Source: a virus. From it: a DNA stretch of 64,000 nucleotides. Under the pieces are notes generated by a model, which saw nothing but the letters and a program-made list of their open reading frames with translations, had not been told where the DNA came from and searched no databases. The position numbers and the translations under genes were made by a program. Shown in pieces: positions 1 through 9,150 of the stretch (within the stretch, counting starts at the first letter, position 1; each line of letters begins with the position of its first letter). The stretch is from positions 32,001 to 96,000 of IMG/VR virus record IMGVR_UViG_3300040801_003393, one strand, 5' to 3'.

Positions 1-94
1 AACTCATGTTTTTCTAAGGTTATATTTTAAGGTAATAATAATTTTGAATTTAAGAAAGAATTCATTACTGTGAATTATCCAATTAACGACTTCT

Positions 95-710
95 TTATCG
101 GCTTCCAGGAGGAAGAATCATACTCTGCCCGTCGCCGGGCAAAGTCATGACAGAAAGACACCTCCAGGCGTCAGATACCATTTCGGTAGTGCCCTACTAG
201 TGGATAGCTGCTATGTCTACCCCAAGCACAAGAACCACACATTGATAAGGCGAGCCTATTTTACAATAAGCATGCTGGCGGTTGTCCTATACCAGCGTTT
301 AACCTCGACTCAAACAACGGAACCCTCAGCCAACCTCAATGTGCAAGCAGCGGCATGTTGGGTCGACGGTTGGCGATACTTAAAGTATCTCTGTTTCTTC
401 CAGAGCCGTCATCATTAGCCTTTATACACTATTTTCTAACATCCAAATGGGTTTTACGAAGGCGTATCCCATCATCGTCCTTTGGTAGGATAGTGGATGT
501 TGACCCTGCTATTGCACAAGGATTTGCGTACCTTCTCACATCAGAAAGGATTAGCAGCGCCGTTAACCGCCCGCGCCAGGGCTTTCAATAGTGTATAATG
601 GCTAATAGGTAAAGCCTGTTTGACCTAACGGTTTATCGTCCCGTAGACTAAAGTGATTTGTCCCGACCGTCCCTTCTACGGCCATTCTTGGCTGGGTGCC
701 TGTAGTTGCC
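95..710 (-). ncRNA. Putative large (~600 nt) structured non-coding RNA of unknown class
   Basis: No credible ORF. Long-range stem 414-433/587-606 (19/20 bp) encloses 438-445/494-501 and 504-508/577-581. Further stems at 365-369/406-410 and 665-670/678-683. Two stems have G.U pairs on the minus strand that would be C.A mismatches on the plus strand. Boundaries are approximate. Confidence 0.7.
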
Positions 711-1244
711 TTAAAAATTTACGCCCTGTGTACTAAATGCCTTAATAGAATCGCTATTATATTTAAAAAACATGGTAAATTCACTAATAATCCAGATACT
801 ATTTGTACTATCGCTGGAGTATTGCATGTAGTTATCAAGACCGTTGAGGTGCTCGAAAATTTTCTTTTCTACTGCTACAAATTTACCTTGACGATTAAAC
901 TTTAAAAACATAATGTTTAAATCGCCAATGTCGGCTGCGTCGTATACCTGTCCTATCCATTTATCAATGGTTGCTGACTTGCCGGTATAGAGTTGATGCC
1001 ATGTAAAGTCCTTATAGAACTTTGCTTCTGAATTAAAATATTTCCATTCCAGTGGTGGAATGATATCACCTTTAAATGCGCGAATTTGGCCTTCATGTAA
1101 AAACTCTTTTCGGTGTGCGTTTTTACCACCAACATATGCACCAGAGCTGGGAGTGCGGAGGAATGATTCGTTGTACAATTTGCACATGAAATCAGCTACT
1201 TCTTTTTCCCACCCTGATCCTTTTATTTTTGACGGTGACGGCAT
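711..1244 (-). CDS. PD-(D/E)XK nuclease, Holliday junction resolvase (Hjc)-like
   Basis: KGSGWE...GD...EAK motif; lies downstream of gp47/gp46 recombination genes. Confidence 0.7.
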   Translation of the reverse strand: MPSPSKIKGSGWEKEVADFMCKLYNESFLRTPSSGAYVGGKNAHRKEFLHEGQIRAFKGDIIPPLEWKYFNSEAKFYKDFTWHQLYTGKSATIDKWIGQVYDAADIGDLNIMFLKFNRQGKFVAVEKKIFEHLNGLDNYMQYSSDSTNSIWIISEFTMFFKYNSDSIKAFSTQGVNF

Positions 1245-2341
1245 TAGTTTGTCTCGTATCCTACACCATAATCAAAATCGACATATTGTTGTTGACATTT
1301 AAGATTGCACTCTACCCATGATTTATTTGGGTTATTCCAGGTATTAGTTAACGTTACCCATTTTTCGTCATTTAAGATTTCGATTAACGATCGTGTTTTA
1401 ATAGAGAAGTATTTTCTATTGTTTGAAAAAAAGCTATTTTCATATTTAATAGTTTTAATACCATCGCTTAATTCTTTATACGGGAAACTAACCCAGCTAC
1501 AAGGATGCACTACCCCGTCGGCACTTATATACATCCCCCGGTTACCAACTAAACACAAAGGAACTATATGTTCAGAATATTCTTTTTGGATTTTTTCAAA
1601 TCGGGTTTTATTGGTTTGCATGTACCTTTCGTTTTGGATTCGACGATCGGTTAAATGTTCTACATGGCGCTCATATCGATGCGTCGCAGAGATAAATTCC
1701 TCCCTTGGTTCGAGTGCATCGTCAATTCCATCGTACGCCTCGCCATACTTGCTGCCAAATTTTGTGCTTTTAGTCCATTGAATGGCGTCGCATCCATTTT
1801 GAATAGCCAATGATCTGATACTATCTTGGTGGTCCTGATTAAATCTAAAATATATCGCTGCCCAATTTATAAATGCCGAACTTCGATGACCCATGATGCG
1901 CATACCAGCCATGATAGAGTCAAAGTCTGAGTTTACTCGATATAAGTTATTAGAATCGTGGTCGTAACCATCAACACTAAAATTAATAGAGTCGTACTCA
2001 TTTAGAATCGATGCAAGTTCTTCCCACCAGGCGGGTTTACGATAACTACCGTTAGTAATGGTAAATGTATGGCAGCTCGGCTTAACCTCTTTAACATATT
2101 GAACAATTTCTAAAAATTCTTTATTGTAAATTGGATCACCAACATCACCACAGAAGGTAAACCGTTGTACATTAGATATAATAAATTCTGGAGTAAATGC
2201 TTCCTTAAATTCTTTTAGAGAAATGTCTTGGTTGAGCCACGGAGTTTCAGGGAATTCAGTACGCGGACATCGAGGGCACTTTAAAGTACACCGACTGCTT
2301 AATTCTATGTGCCAATGATATAATTGCCAGTTTACTGCCAT
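1244..2341 (-). CDS. Radical SAM protein with C-terminal SPASM/Twitch-like Cys domain
   Basis: CTLKCPRC motif, GDP, TNGS; C-terminal C...VHPC...C. Confidence 0.88.
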   Translation of the reverse strand: MAVNWQLYHWHIELSSRCTLKCPRCPRTEFPETPWLNQDISLKEFKEAFTPEFIISNVQRFTFCGDVGDPIYNKEFLEIVQYVKEVKPSCHTFTITNGSYRKPAWWEELASILNEYDSINFSVDGYDHDSNNLYRVNSDFDSIMAGMRIMGHRSSAFINWAAIYFRFNQDHQDSIRSLAIQNGCDAIQWTKSTKFGSKYGEAYDGIDDALEPREEFISATHRYERHVEHLTDRRIQNERYMQTNKTRFEKIQKEYSEHIVPLCLVGNRGMYISADGVVHPCSWVSFPYKELSDGIKTIKYENSFFSNNRKYFSIKTRSLIEILNDEKWVTLTNTWNNPNKSWVECNLKCQQQYVDFDYGVGYETN

Positions 2342-2856
2342 AAATCCACCCTTTTAAGTCCTGACATCTCAGTTAATTGTTTAATTTGATGAGCAAGTGT
2401 TAATATATTATATTTTGGAACCGACAAATGTTTGATCATTTGGGTATCTATTGCACCAGGATTATAAATTCTAAGGTCACAGTGACATTCGGACCTAAGG
2501 TCTCTTACCGCTTCTTGTAAAATTTTTTTATGATATCGATACATCCAGAAATTTTGATTTTTTTCTATTTCTAAACGTGGATAATCAGCAGACATACTGC
2601 CAATGGTTACAATGGTTTTTGATGGGTCATCGCTCCATAATCTTGCAAAACACTCTAATACTTTTAATTGTCCGTCATTATCATACGCGCAATTGTATAA
2701 TAAATCAGAGTCAACAAACATTTCTCCCCAAGAAGACACGTTGTGAATGTCGAAGTCAGGACGAGAAATTACTTGTACCAGATTATTTTTGTCAGATTCA
2801 TATACTTTTTTGAGACCGTCAGCCAATCCTTTTTTTCCAGTTATTAAAATGTTCAT
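2332..2856 (-). CDS. Short-chain dehydrogenase/reductase-like protein
   Basis: N-terminal ILITG..GLA Rossmann motif, IGS, YxxxK (YRYHK), NPG. Confidence 0.7.
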   Translation of the reverse strand: MNILITGKKGLADGLKKVYESDKNNLVQVISRPDFDIHNVSSWGEMFVDSDLLYNCAYDNDGQLKVLECFARLWSDDPSKTIVTIGSMSADYPRLEIEKNQNFWMYRYHKKILQEAVRDLRSECHCDLRIYNPGAIDTQMIKHLSVPKYNILTLAHQIKQLTEMSGLKRVDLWQ

Positions 2857-3755
2857 TTATATTTTTGTATAATTAAATCGTCAGTACAACCGGTACATCG
2901 AATTCGGTTACATGTAGTATAGAAAGGTAGTAATTGAAAGTCTTCAACGAGTCCTAATTCGTCGTTACGACAAACACCACTGTATACTTTTAACTTCGAA
3001 TCGATGTGTATTCTTAGGCGTCCAGCTGCACATTTCCATCCTTTCCAAAAATCAAGTTTATCGTTATGAAGAGTATTAGCATGTAACAGAAAGGTTGAAC
3101 CATCATTGGTAGTTGCTTGGCAATTATAATTTATATGATTCTGTAGGTTTTTGATAGAACTCGATGGAGTTATTTCTTCGACGTTATTCCTAAAATTTAT
3201 TTCATTGATACTATAGCTAATAGAATGCTTATCTAAGATTTCTTTATAAGTTATAATTTGTTCTTTATTCCATGGTTCATCCATCACGTTAACATGAAAA
3301 CTTTTTTCTGGACGAATCATGATCTGATTGAGCATAATGGCTGTTTCAAAGAATTTTTCAGAATTAAAAAATTCTGAATGAGTAGAAAATGTTATTGCTT
3401 CGACATGTTTACTTAGTTTTTCATAAAAGTTAAAACTAGCACTACCGTTTGATATTATTAGAATTGAATCAAAGTTTTTGAAATTTTCCCTTAACCATAT
3501 TACAAATGGTAAAAAATCTTTTACAGTGCTAATTTCCCCACCGGTGAACGTTATCTTTATAGGTAGGTCCAATATTTTAATTTGATCGTATATGTGTAAC
3601 CAAGATGATTTGAGAGTCTCAAATGAATGAAATTCTCCAAGTTTGTTGTGTAACTCCGGAGGACAATAAGAACATGCGTAATTACAATGTGAAGTTAACT
3701 CCCAAGTTATAGAGAATATATCTTTGATGGGTCTAATTTCAACAATTTGACTCAT
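2853..3755 (-). CDS. Radical SAM protein with C-terminal Cys cluster
   Basis: CNYACSYC, TFTGGE; C-terminal CAAG...C...CNRIRCTGC. Confidence 0.88.
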   Translation of the reverse strand: MSQIVEIRPIKDIFSITWELTSHCNYACSYCPPELHNKLGEFHSFETLKSSWLHIYDQIKILDLPIKITFTGGEISTVKDFLPFVIWLRENFKNFDSILIISNGSASFNFYEKLSKHVEAITFSTHSEFFNSEKFFETAIMLNQIMIRPEKSFHVNVMDEPWNKEQIITYKEILDKHSISYSINEINFRNNVEEITPSSSIKNLQNHINYNCQATTNDGSTFLLHANTLHNDKLDFWKGWKCAAGRLRIHIDSKLKVYSGVCRNDELGLVEDFQLLPFYTTCNRIRCTGCTDDLIIQKYK

Positions 3756-5509
3756 TAGTTGTTCTCGTATGTAGTAAAACCTGATTCTTTTACTACCCGC
3801 ATGGTATTATGAACTCGACTAATTAATTCGTCACGATGAGAGACCAGCCAAACTGACTTTCCACGGTCGCGAGTCATACGTTTAAGAATCTTAATAGCAG
3901 ACTCAACACCGCTAGTATCTAGGCCACTATCAACTAGTTCATCAATAAACAGCAAGTTGATATGGTTGTATAACGACTCCCATACGTCTCGGAACGCCCA
4001 TGAGAGTGATAGTATAAGCCTATTCCTCTCACCGCGAGATAAGTTATCAAAATCTAAGTCTCTACCTAAATCAGTAATTTCTACAGACAGGTCTGATAAG
4101 AATTTTACTTGATGTGGCAAACCAATCTCTTCTAGATAGTAACCTAATCTACCATTAAGATAGCTTAAATTTTGCTCAATAATCTTTTTACGAATAAAAG
4201 AATCCTTGCTAGTTAACAGGTTTAGCAAGAAGTTCTGATGCTCTTGTATTTCACTTAATCGATTTAGCTCGGTATAGTCAATTTCTTGTAATCCCTTTTT
4301 CCGCATATCTTCAATTTGTTCTTCATACGGATCGGTATCAGCTAATGCAACCTCAAGCTGGTGAGTTAATTTGTCAAGCGTATGCTTATGATCATAAACT
4401 TCAGTAATTGTAGAATAAATGGTTTTGGGCTTTTTACCTAGAACCCCAATCTCTGCAAGTCTTGCAATATGTTCTTCTTTTTGAGTTTCATTACTTAGGT
4501 ATTGTAATGCTTGCTTTGACAACTCTTCTTGTTTAGCAGCACGAATTTCTTCCTGTTTAGAATCGTGGATCTCTTGCCCGCAAGCGTGACACTTATGTTC
4601 TTCAATATGTTTTAGGTCATTCTCCAAAGAAAGTACACGTTTGTTAATATTTTCATTTTCGCGATCAATTTGTGATATCCATTTATTGCATTCATCAATT
4701 GCGGATTTGGATTTATTGTAATTTTCCAATGATTGATGTGCAAGTAGTTCCGCATCAATGTCTAGATCTATTAAATTTTCTAATTGTAATGTAATATGGT
4801 CAACGGTTTCTTTATTTTTAGCAATCCACATTTTCTGGCGTCTTTCTAAGGAAAGAATTTGCTCTTCAATATGTTGATTGGCCTTGATCGTTGCCTGTAA
4901 GCGGAATTCTTCTTCCTTGATTGCGTTTTTGGTTTCCTTGTTTAACTCTTTGAGTGCAACTGCTTTTTCTGATAGTATAGTAATACCGAGCAATTGCTCA
5001 ATGATATTTCTTTGATCATTGGTGCGCATTGACAAGAATGGCTCAGAATATGTGTTTAAAGCTAGAATATGCTTAAACATGTCGTGAGACATTTGCAGCA
5101 ATGCTTCGATTTCTCTCTGTGTGTCGCGACTATCTCCTTGTGCCTCGTCATCCTCATTACCTAATTCTACAGAATTTTTATAGAATTTGAATATAGCAGG
5201 CTTACGACCACGATGTATTTGGTATTCATCGTTGCCAATGGAGAAGTTAACGGTAATGAGCATGTTCTTACCGTTAGTCTTATTAATTAGATTGTCGCGT
5301 TTGATATTAGTTAACGCCTGCCCATATAGAGCATAACTTAAGGCATTTAGAATAGTAGTCTTACCGGTACCATTACGTGAACCGTCTGCTCCTAAATCTA
5401 AATTTTCACCTAACACAAGAGTTAAGTCGCCACGATCAAAATTTATTGATTGGGTGGCATTACCAACACTCATGAAGTTTTTTACAGTTAAATCTTTGAT
5501 ACGAATCAT
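3755..5509 (-). CDS. gp46: Recombination ATPase, T4 gp46/Rad50/SbcC-like
   Basis: KNFMSVG, Walker A NGTGKT, coiled coil with CHAC zinc hook, LSRGE signature, LLFIDE Walker B, VSH. Confidence 0.93.
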   Translation of the reverse strand: MIRIKDLTVKNFMSVGNATQSINFDRGDLTLVLGENLDLGADGSRNGTGKTTILNALSYALYGQALTNIKRDNLINKTNGKNMLITVNFSIGNDEYQIHRGRKPAIFKFYKNSVELGNEDDEAQGDSRDTQREIEALLQMSHDMFKHILALNTYSEPFLSMRTNDQRNIIEQLLGITILSEKAVALKELNKETKNAIKEEEFRLQATIKANQHIEEQILSLERRQKMWIAKNKETVDHITLQLENLIDLDIDAELLAHQSLENYNKSKSAIDECNKWISQIDRENENINKRVLSLENDLKHIEEHKCHACGQEIHDSKQEEIRAAKQEELSKQALQYLSNETQKEEHIARLAEIGVLGKKPKTIYSTITEVYDHKHTLDKLTHQLEVALADTDPYEEQIEDMRKKGLQEIDYTELNRLSEIQEHQNFLLNLLTSKDSFIRKKIIEQNLSYLNGRLGYYLEEIGLPHQVKFLSDLSVEITDLGRDLDFDNLSRGERNRLILSLSWAFRDVWESLYNHINLLFIDELVDSGLDTSGVESAIKILKRMTRDRGKSVWLVSHRDELISRVHNTMRVVKESGFTTYENN

Positions 5510-5515
5510 TTAAAT

Positions 5516-5544
5516 AGTTTAACAAGATTTGTAATATAAGTCAA
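5516..5544 (-). promoter_or_regulatory. sigma70-like promoter upstream of gp46
   Basis: TTGACT-17 nt-TAAACT on minus strand. Confidence 0.5.
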
Positions 5545-5546
5545 CA

Positions 5547-6560
5547 TTATAGAGCATTATAGATATCCATTAGTAATGCTGGTTTGAAATAATCACTTTC
5601 GATTGCTGCAATTTGTTCAGCAATAATTTTATCAACAGAATGGAATGATAATTCTTCCAAGTTATCATTTTCATGTTCTGTATTTTTTGAAGATATCAAA
5701 CTAATATCACGAAGGCTATGCTTTGTATGGAAGGTTTCCTTTATGAAGATTGCCTCTTCGTACGAAACACCAATATCTAAATGAACACGAACACTCATTT
5801 TTGGTTTTAGAATTTCGTCACCACGATCTAATAATTCAGAAAGAGTAGTTACAACATATAGTGGTTGGTTTGGCCAAGCATGAAACTCTGGTTGTTTATC
5901 CCATTCTAAAATCATACAACCGCGTTTATCGTCACCGGCGTCGGAGAAGTTATGTGGAAAGGCATTGCCGATGTAGGTAATATTCTCTCGATGTTGTCGC
6001 ATATGGAAGTGACCAGAAAATACATGTTCCACGCCACCTAACTGCTCAGTTTGAATGGTTCCGTGGTCTGGCATTTCTATTAGACTGTTTAGTTTGAAGT
6101 GTGGTAGCTCAAAATGACCAAACATGTACTTGGCCTTAATTTTCACTAGCTTCTTATAGTCGTCGCCAACGAGCCACGGAACAATCGAAACGTTACCGTG
6201 GTTAAACCAGTCGTTAACAATAGTAATATTGGGAAGATGTTTGGCCCATTCCACACCATGTATGTCACGCTTATCACGATAATAGAGGTCGTGGTTACCG
6301 GGGATGAAATAGAAATTTTCAAATGCTGCATTTAACTTTTCCAGGCTGCGTAAACTATAACTTAATGTTTGTAGATTGATAGATGCTCGATGGTGATGCC
6401 AGTCACCTAGGAACATACCGGTTTCGCAATCATGTTCTCTTGCTGTTTGTATAACCCAATCAACAAACTCTTCGCAATCCTGATTATGATTTATAGAATT
6501 TGATTTGAGACCAAAGTGGATGTCGGTAAACACTATCGCTTTTTTAAATAAATTATTCAT
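5547..6560 (-). CDS. gp47: Recombination nuclease, T4 gp47/Mre11/SbcD-like metallophosphoesterase
   Basis: DIHFG, GD, GNHD, GHFH motifs. Start moved to MNNLFKK (6560), which lies just downstream of TTGAAT-17-TATACT at 6569-6597. Confidence 0.92.
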   Translation of the reverse strand: MNNLFKKAIVFTDIHFGLKSNSINHNQDCEEFVDWVIQTAREHDCETGMFLGDWHHHRASINLQTLSYSLRSLEKLNAAFENFYFIPGNHDLYYRDKRDIHGVEWAKHLPNITIVNDWFNHGNVSIVPWLVGDDYKKLVKIKAKYMFGHFELPHFKLNSLIEMPDHGTIQTEQLGGVEHVFSGHFHMRQHRENITYIGNAFPHNFSDAGDDKRGCMILEWDKQPEFHAWPNQPLYVVTTLSELLDRGDEILKPKMSVRVHLDIGVSYEEAIFIKETFHTKHSLRDISLISSKNTEHENDNLEELSFHSVDKIIAEQIAAIESDYFKPALLMDIYNAL

Positions 6561-6593
6561 ATTTTCACAGTATAACAAATTGCAAATCTAAAT

Positions 6594-8105
6594 TCAACCG
6601 CCCATTGCTCGATATATTTCTGCATGACTATCTGAGAAACATTGGTTTCGGCGAATATCGAGTTTTTTACAATGTTCTAAAAATTGTAAACCATCTGATC
6701 CAGGCGAGTTCAACACCCTGTTTGAAAGTTGACGTAGCTCTTTGTCATTATGGTTTGCATATTTCTGAACTATAAGTTTCTTGGCCTGCTCGGTTGCGTA
6801 ATCGATACACAAAAATGTCGGATCCTCTAAGTACCACCACAAAATGTCAAGATTGGTTTCGTGGCTTAAATCAATTATATCATCGAGATAAAGTATATTT
6901 TGTAAATTAATAGTAGCAGCCAATTTTACTTTCACGGTATCTGACCTCAATGATGCAAATTTTTTTATATTTTCGTATATTACGCTCCAAGTGCCACCTC
7001 GTTCAATTTCAAATCGTTCATTGACGTTATCTACACTTAATAGAAATTCTGCGGCTTGAAAATAATGTACTATTTTAGTTATAACCGACTCTGGATATAT
7101 ACTACAGTTAGTGTTAACTTCAAGTGTAATTTCGTTTGAAATACCCTCATCAATTAGCCGGTCGATGATTGTATCAAACTTTGGGTATAAAAATGGCTCA
7201 CCCCCGAGAATATGCAAGAAGTTCAAATGTCTTAACTCTAAAATAGATTCTATAAAGTTTGATGACTGTTGTAAATTGCTTGTCTCTTTAATTAAGGTCC
7301 TTAACTTATTCTTTTCATTTTCGCTTGGTGCAAATTTTATTTCCTCAGAGGCAATTTGTGTGCTGGATCTTGGATCACATATACGACATTTAAAGTTGCA
7401 TAATGATGACGAGGACCAAGTCAAATCTCTAACCTGAACATTGTCTATCCAGCCTCGGTCTAATAAGTCTCCGTATTTTTGCATTGAGAGCTGTCGAAGG
7501 CTACTGGTTCCTTGCGATTCACTTTGCCAACAAATTGAACAGCCAGAAGGTTTTTGCCCACTAAGCAGTTGGTTCCGCAAATTTTCAAAATCTTTTCCTT
7601 TAAAGATTTTATCAAGAGATTCGTGATAAATGTTTCCAAATGATTCATTGAATCTACAACAAGGTTTTACGTTGCCGTTTGTTGAAACTTGTGCTTGAGA
7701 AAATGGCATCGCACATAATGTTTCTACATTATAAAAATTTGTATTACCAAAGGGCTTTGAATATTCAATTTGAACCTGCAATGATTGCATAGGCTCATGC
7801 CCAAACCCATATCTATCGTTAGCAACTTTTAACTCAGGTTGAAGACTGTATGGTGTAATAATTAAGATAAAAGGGGTACTAATATCAACCCGAGATATTG
7901 CACGGTGGATGTGATTTAAAAATTGTTGCTCGGGTTTGTATGCACTATACAAGATAATCCGATCATTGTTTTCAAAACGATCTTTATGAACAGAAATTAG
8001 TAAATCAAATATTGCACGATGCGTGTTTCGAAGATCAGCTAGATCAACAAAACAAAGTACGTTAAATTTTTGACTGACGAATGTTTTAAGATCGTCGATA
8101 GTCAT
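6594..8105 (-). CDS. Twitch-domain radical SAM protein with extra N-terminal module
   Basis: CAMPF...PCC...CSICW precedes CNFKCRIC; GGEPF. Confidence 0.88.
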   Translation of the reverse strand: MTIDDLKTFVSQKFNVLCFVDLADLRNTHRAIFDLLISVHKDRFENNDRIILYSAYKPEQQFLNHIHRAISRVDISTPFILIITPYSLQPELKVANDRYGFGHEPMQSLQVQIEYSKPFGNTNFYNVETLCAMPFSQAQVSTNGNVKPCCRFNESFGNIYHESLDKIFKGKDFENLRNQLLSGQKPSGCSICWQSESQGTSSLRQLSMQKYGDLLDRGWIDNVQVRDLTWSSSSLCNFKCRICDPRSSTQIASEEIKFAPSENEKNKLRTLIKETSNLQQSSNFIESILELRHLNFLHILGGEPFLYPKFDTIIDRLIDEGISNEITLEVNTNCSIYPESVITKIVHYFQAAEFLLSVDNVNERFEIERGGTWSVIYENIKKFASLRSDTVKVKLAATINLQNILYLDDIIDLSHETNLDILWWYLEDPTFLCIDYATEQAKKLIVQKYANHNDKELRQLSNRVLNSPGSDGLQFLEHCKKLDIRRNQCFSDSHAEIYRAMGG

Positions 8106-8113
8106 TGACTTTA

Positions 8114-9028
8114 TTATTCCTTAAGAAATCCATCGTCGTCTAGGTATTTTGCATCAGTATTATCATTTTCGAACTGGCGGGTCCAACTTGGAGTTAAACC
8201 ATTTGCCTCTAAAATATCGTCACGAATGTTTTGCATTTTCTTTTCAACTATTAAAACTCGGGTAAACGAATTAGTAACAACAGCCGTATAGTATGCAAAT
8301 GGATTCTGGCTTTTTGCTTCATTAAATTGTAAGCCAATTTGCGATAATTGTAGTAGAGCCTGTCCAATCATCTCGTCATTATAAGTATACCCACGCCAGT
8401 TTGATCGAGTAGCATATCTTTCGCATAGCTTAATATACATCATGGCTAGGTTAGACGTTGTCTTACCGTGAGATTTACAAAAGTGTCCGGAGGTTAAATC
8501 ACCTTTCCAGTGACTTTTCCCTACAATATAAGGCTCCCCACTTTCGTTTACACGGTAATGGAAAAATGGTGGAAATCCGCACCGCAACGGAACTAATTCT
8601 GCATCGTTAAGATCTGCCCAAGCCTTCAATTCTGATTGAGAAAGATTGCGTACATCTTCATCTAAGAGTTCATCGGTATCTTCATCTAAGAGTTCATCGA
8701 ATATTTGATTTGTTTTTGCTTTCTTGAGTTTAACCTTTTTCTTTGGAACTAGTGGTATATGTTCCTCGGTCATCACCCTAAATACAACATCGGTGTCGGC
8801 AATATCTTTAAGTTTAATCTCAGTTTCGAGTTCTTTACCTAATCGTGCTGCCCTAGCCTTTCTTGCTTCCAGAATGCGTGTTTTATTGATTTTTTTAACA
8901 TCGTCAATGATAATATCGTATTGATGATCGTTTATTGGATCACGAAACGAGCAATATGTATTTTTGCTTAAATGAATTTCTCGTAGCATATCTTTATTAT
9001 TAAGATAATTGATGCGTCGTTTAGTCAT
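8114..9028 (-). CDS. gp55: Late-transcription sigma factor, T4 gp55-like
   Basis: NYLNNKDML...NWRGYTYNDEM...NPFAYYT motifs; RBS AGAGGA before ATG 9028; adjacent to gp47/gp46. Confidence 0.85.
   Translation of the reverse strand: MTKRRINYLNNKDMLREIHLSKNTYCSFRDPINDHQYDIIIDDVKKINKTRILEARKARAARLGKELETEIKLKDIADTDVVFRVMTEEHIPLVPKKKVKLKKAKTNQIFDELLDEDTDELLDEDVRNLSQSELKAWADLNDAELVPLRCGFPPFFHYRVNESGEPYIVGKSHWKGDLTSGHFCKSHGKTTSNLAMMYIKLCERYATRSNWRGYTYNDEMIGQALLQLSQIGLQFNEAKSQNPFAYYTAVVTNSFTRVLIVEKKMQNIRDDILEANGLTPSWTRQFENDNTDAKYLDDDGFLKE
8654..8699. repeat. Direct repeat (22 nt x2, 24-nt period) encoding DELLDED twice
   Basis: atcttcatctaagagttcatcg at 8654-8675 and 8678-8699. Confidence 0.9.
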
Positions 9029-9055
9029 AATTCCTCTTATAATTACAATAGAATT

Positions 9056-9084
9056 ATTATAGTACATAATTCCGATGATGTCAA
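9056..9084 (-). promoter_or_regulatory. Consensus sigma70 promoter for the gp55-like gene
   Basis: TTGACA-17 nt-TATAAT. Confidence 0.85.
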
Positions 9085-9119
9085 CAGATTATTGATAATA
9101 TTGGGTTATTTTGATTTGA

Positions 9120-9126
9120 ATAAATA
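9120..9126 (+). promoter_or_regulatory. T4-type late promoter
   Basis: ATAAATA 24 nt upstream of the first structural gene; the same motif recurs before other late genes. Confidence 0.7.
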
Positions 9127-9150
9127 TTGCAATAAGGTAATTGTATTTAC

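Noticed and set aside
95-710. Assignment of the RNA to RNase P, tmRNA, tRNA, group I/II intron or CRISPR
   Set aside because: Diagnostic conserved sequences, cloverleaf and repeat-spacer pattern were not found by eye; an Rfam search is still needed
200-905. Plus-strand ORFs 200-418, 355-591 and 696-905
   Set aside because: No RBS or motifs; they overlap the structured element or lie antisense to the resolvase
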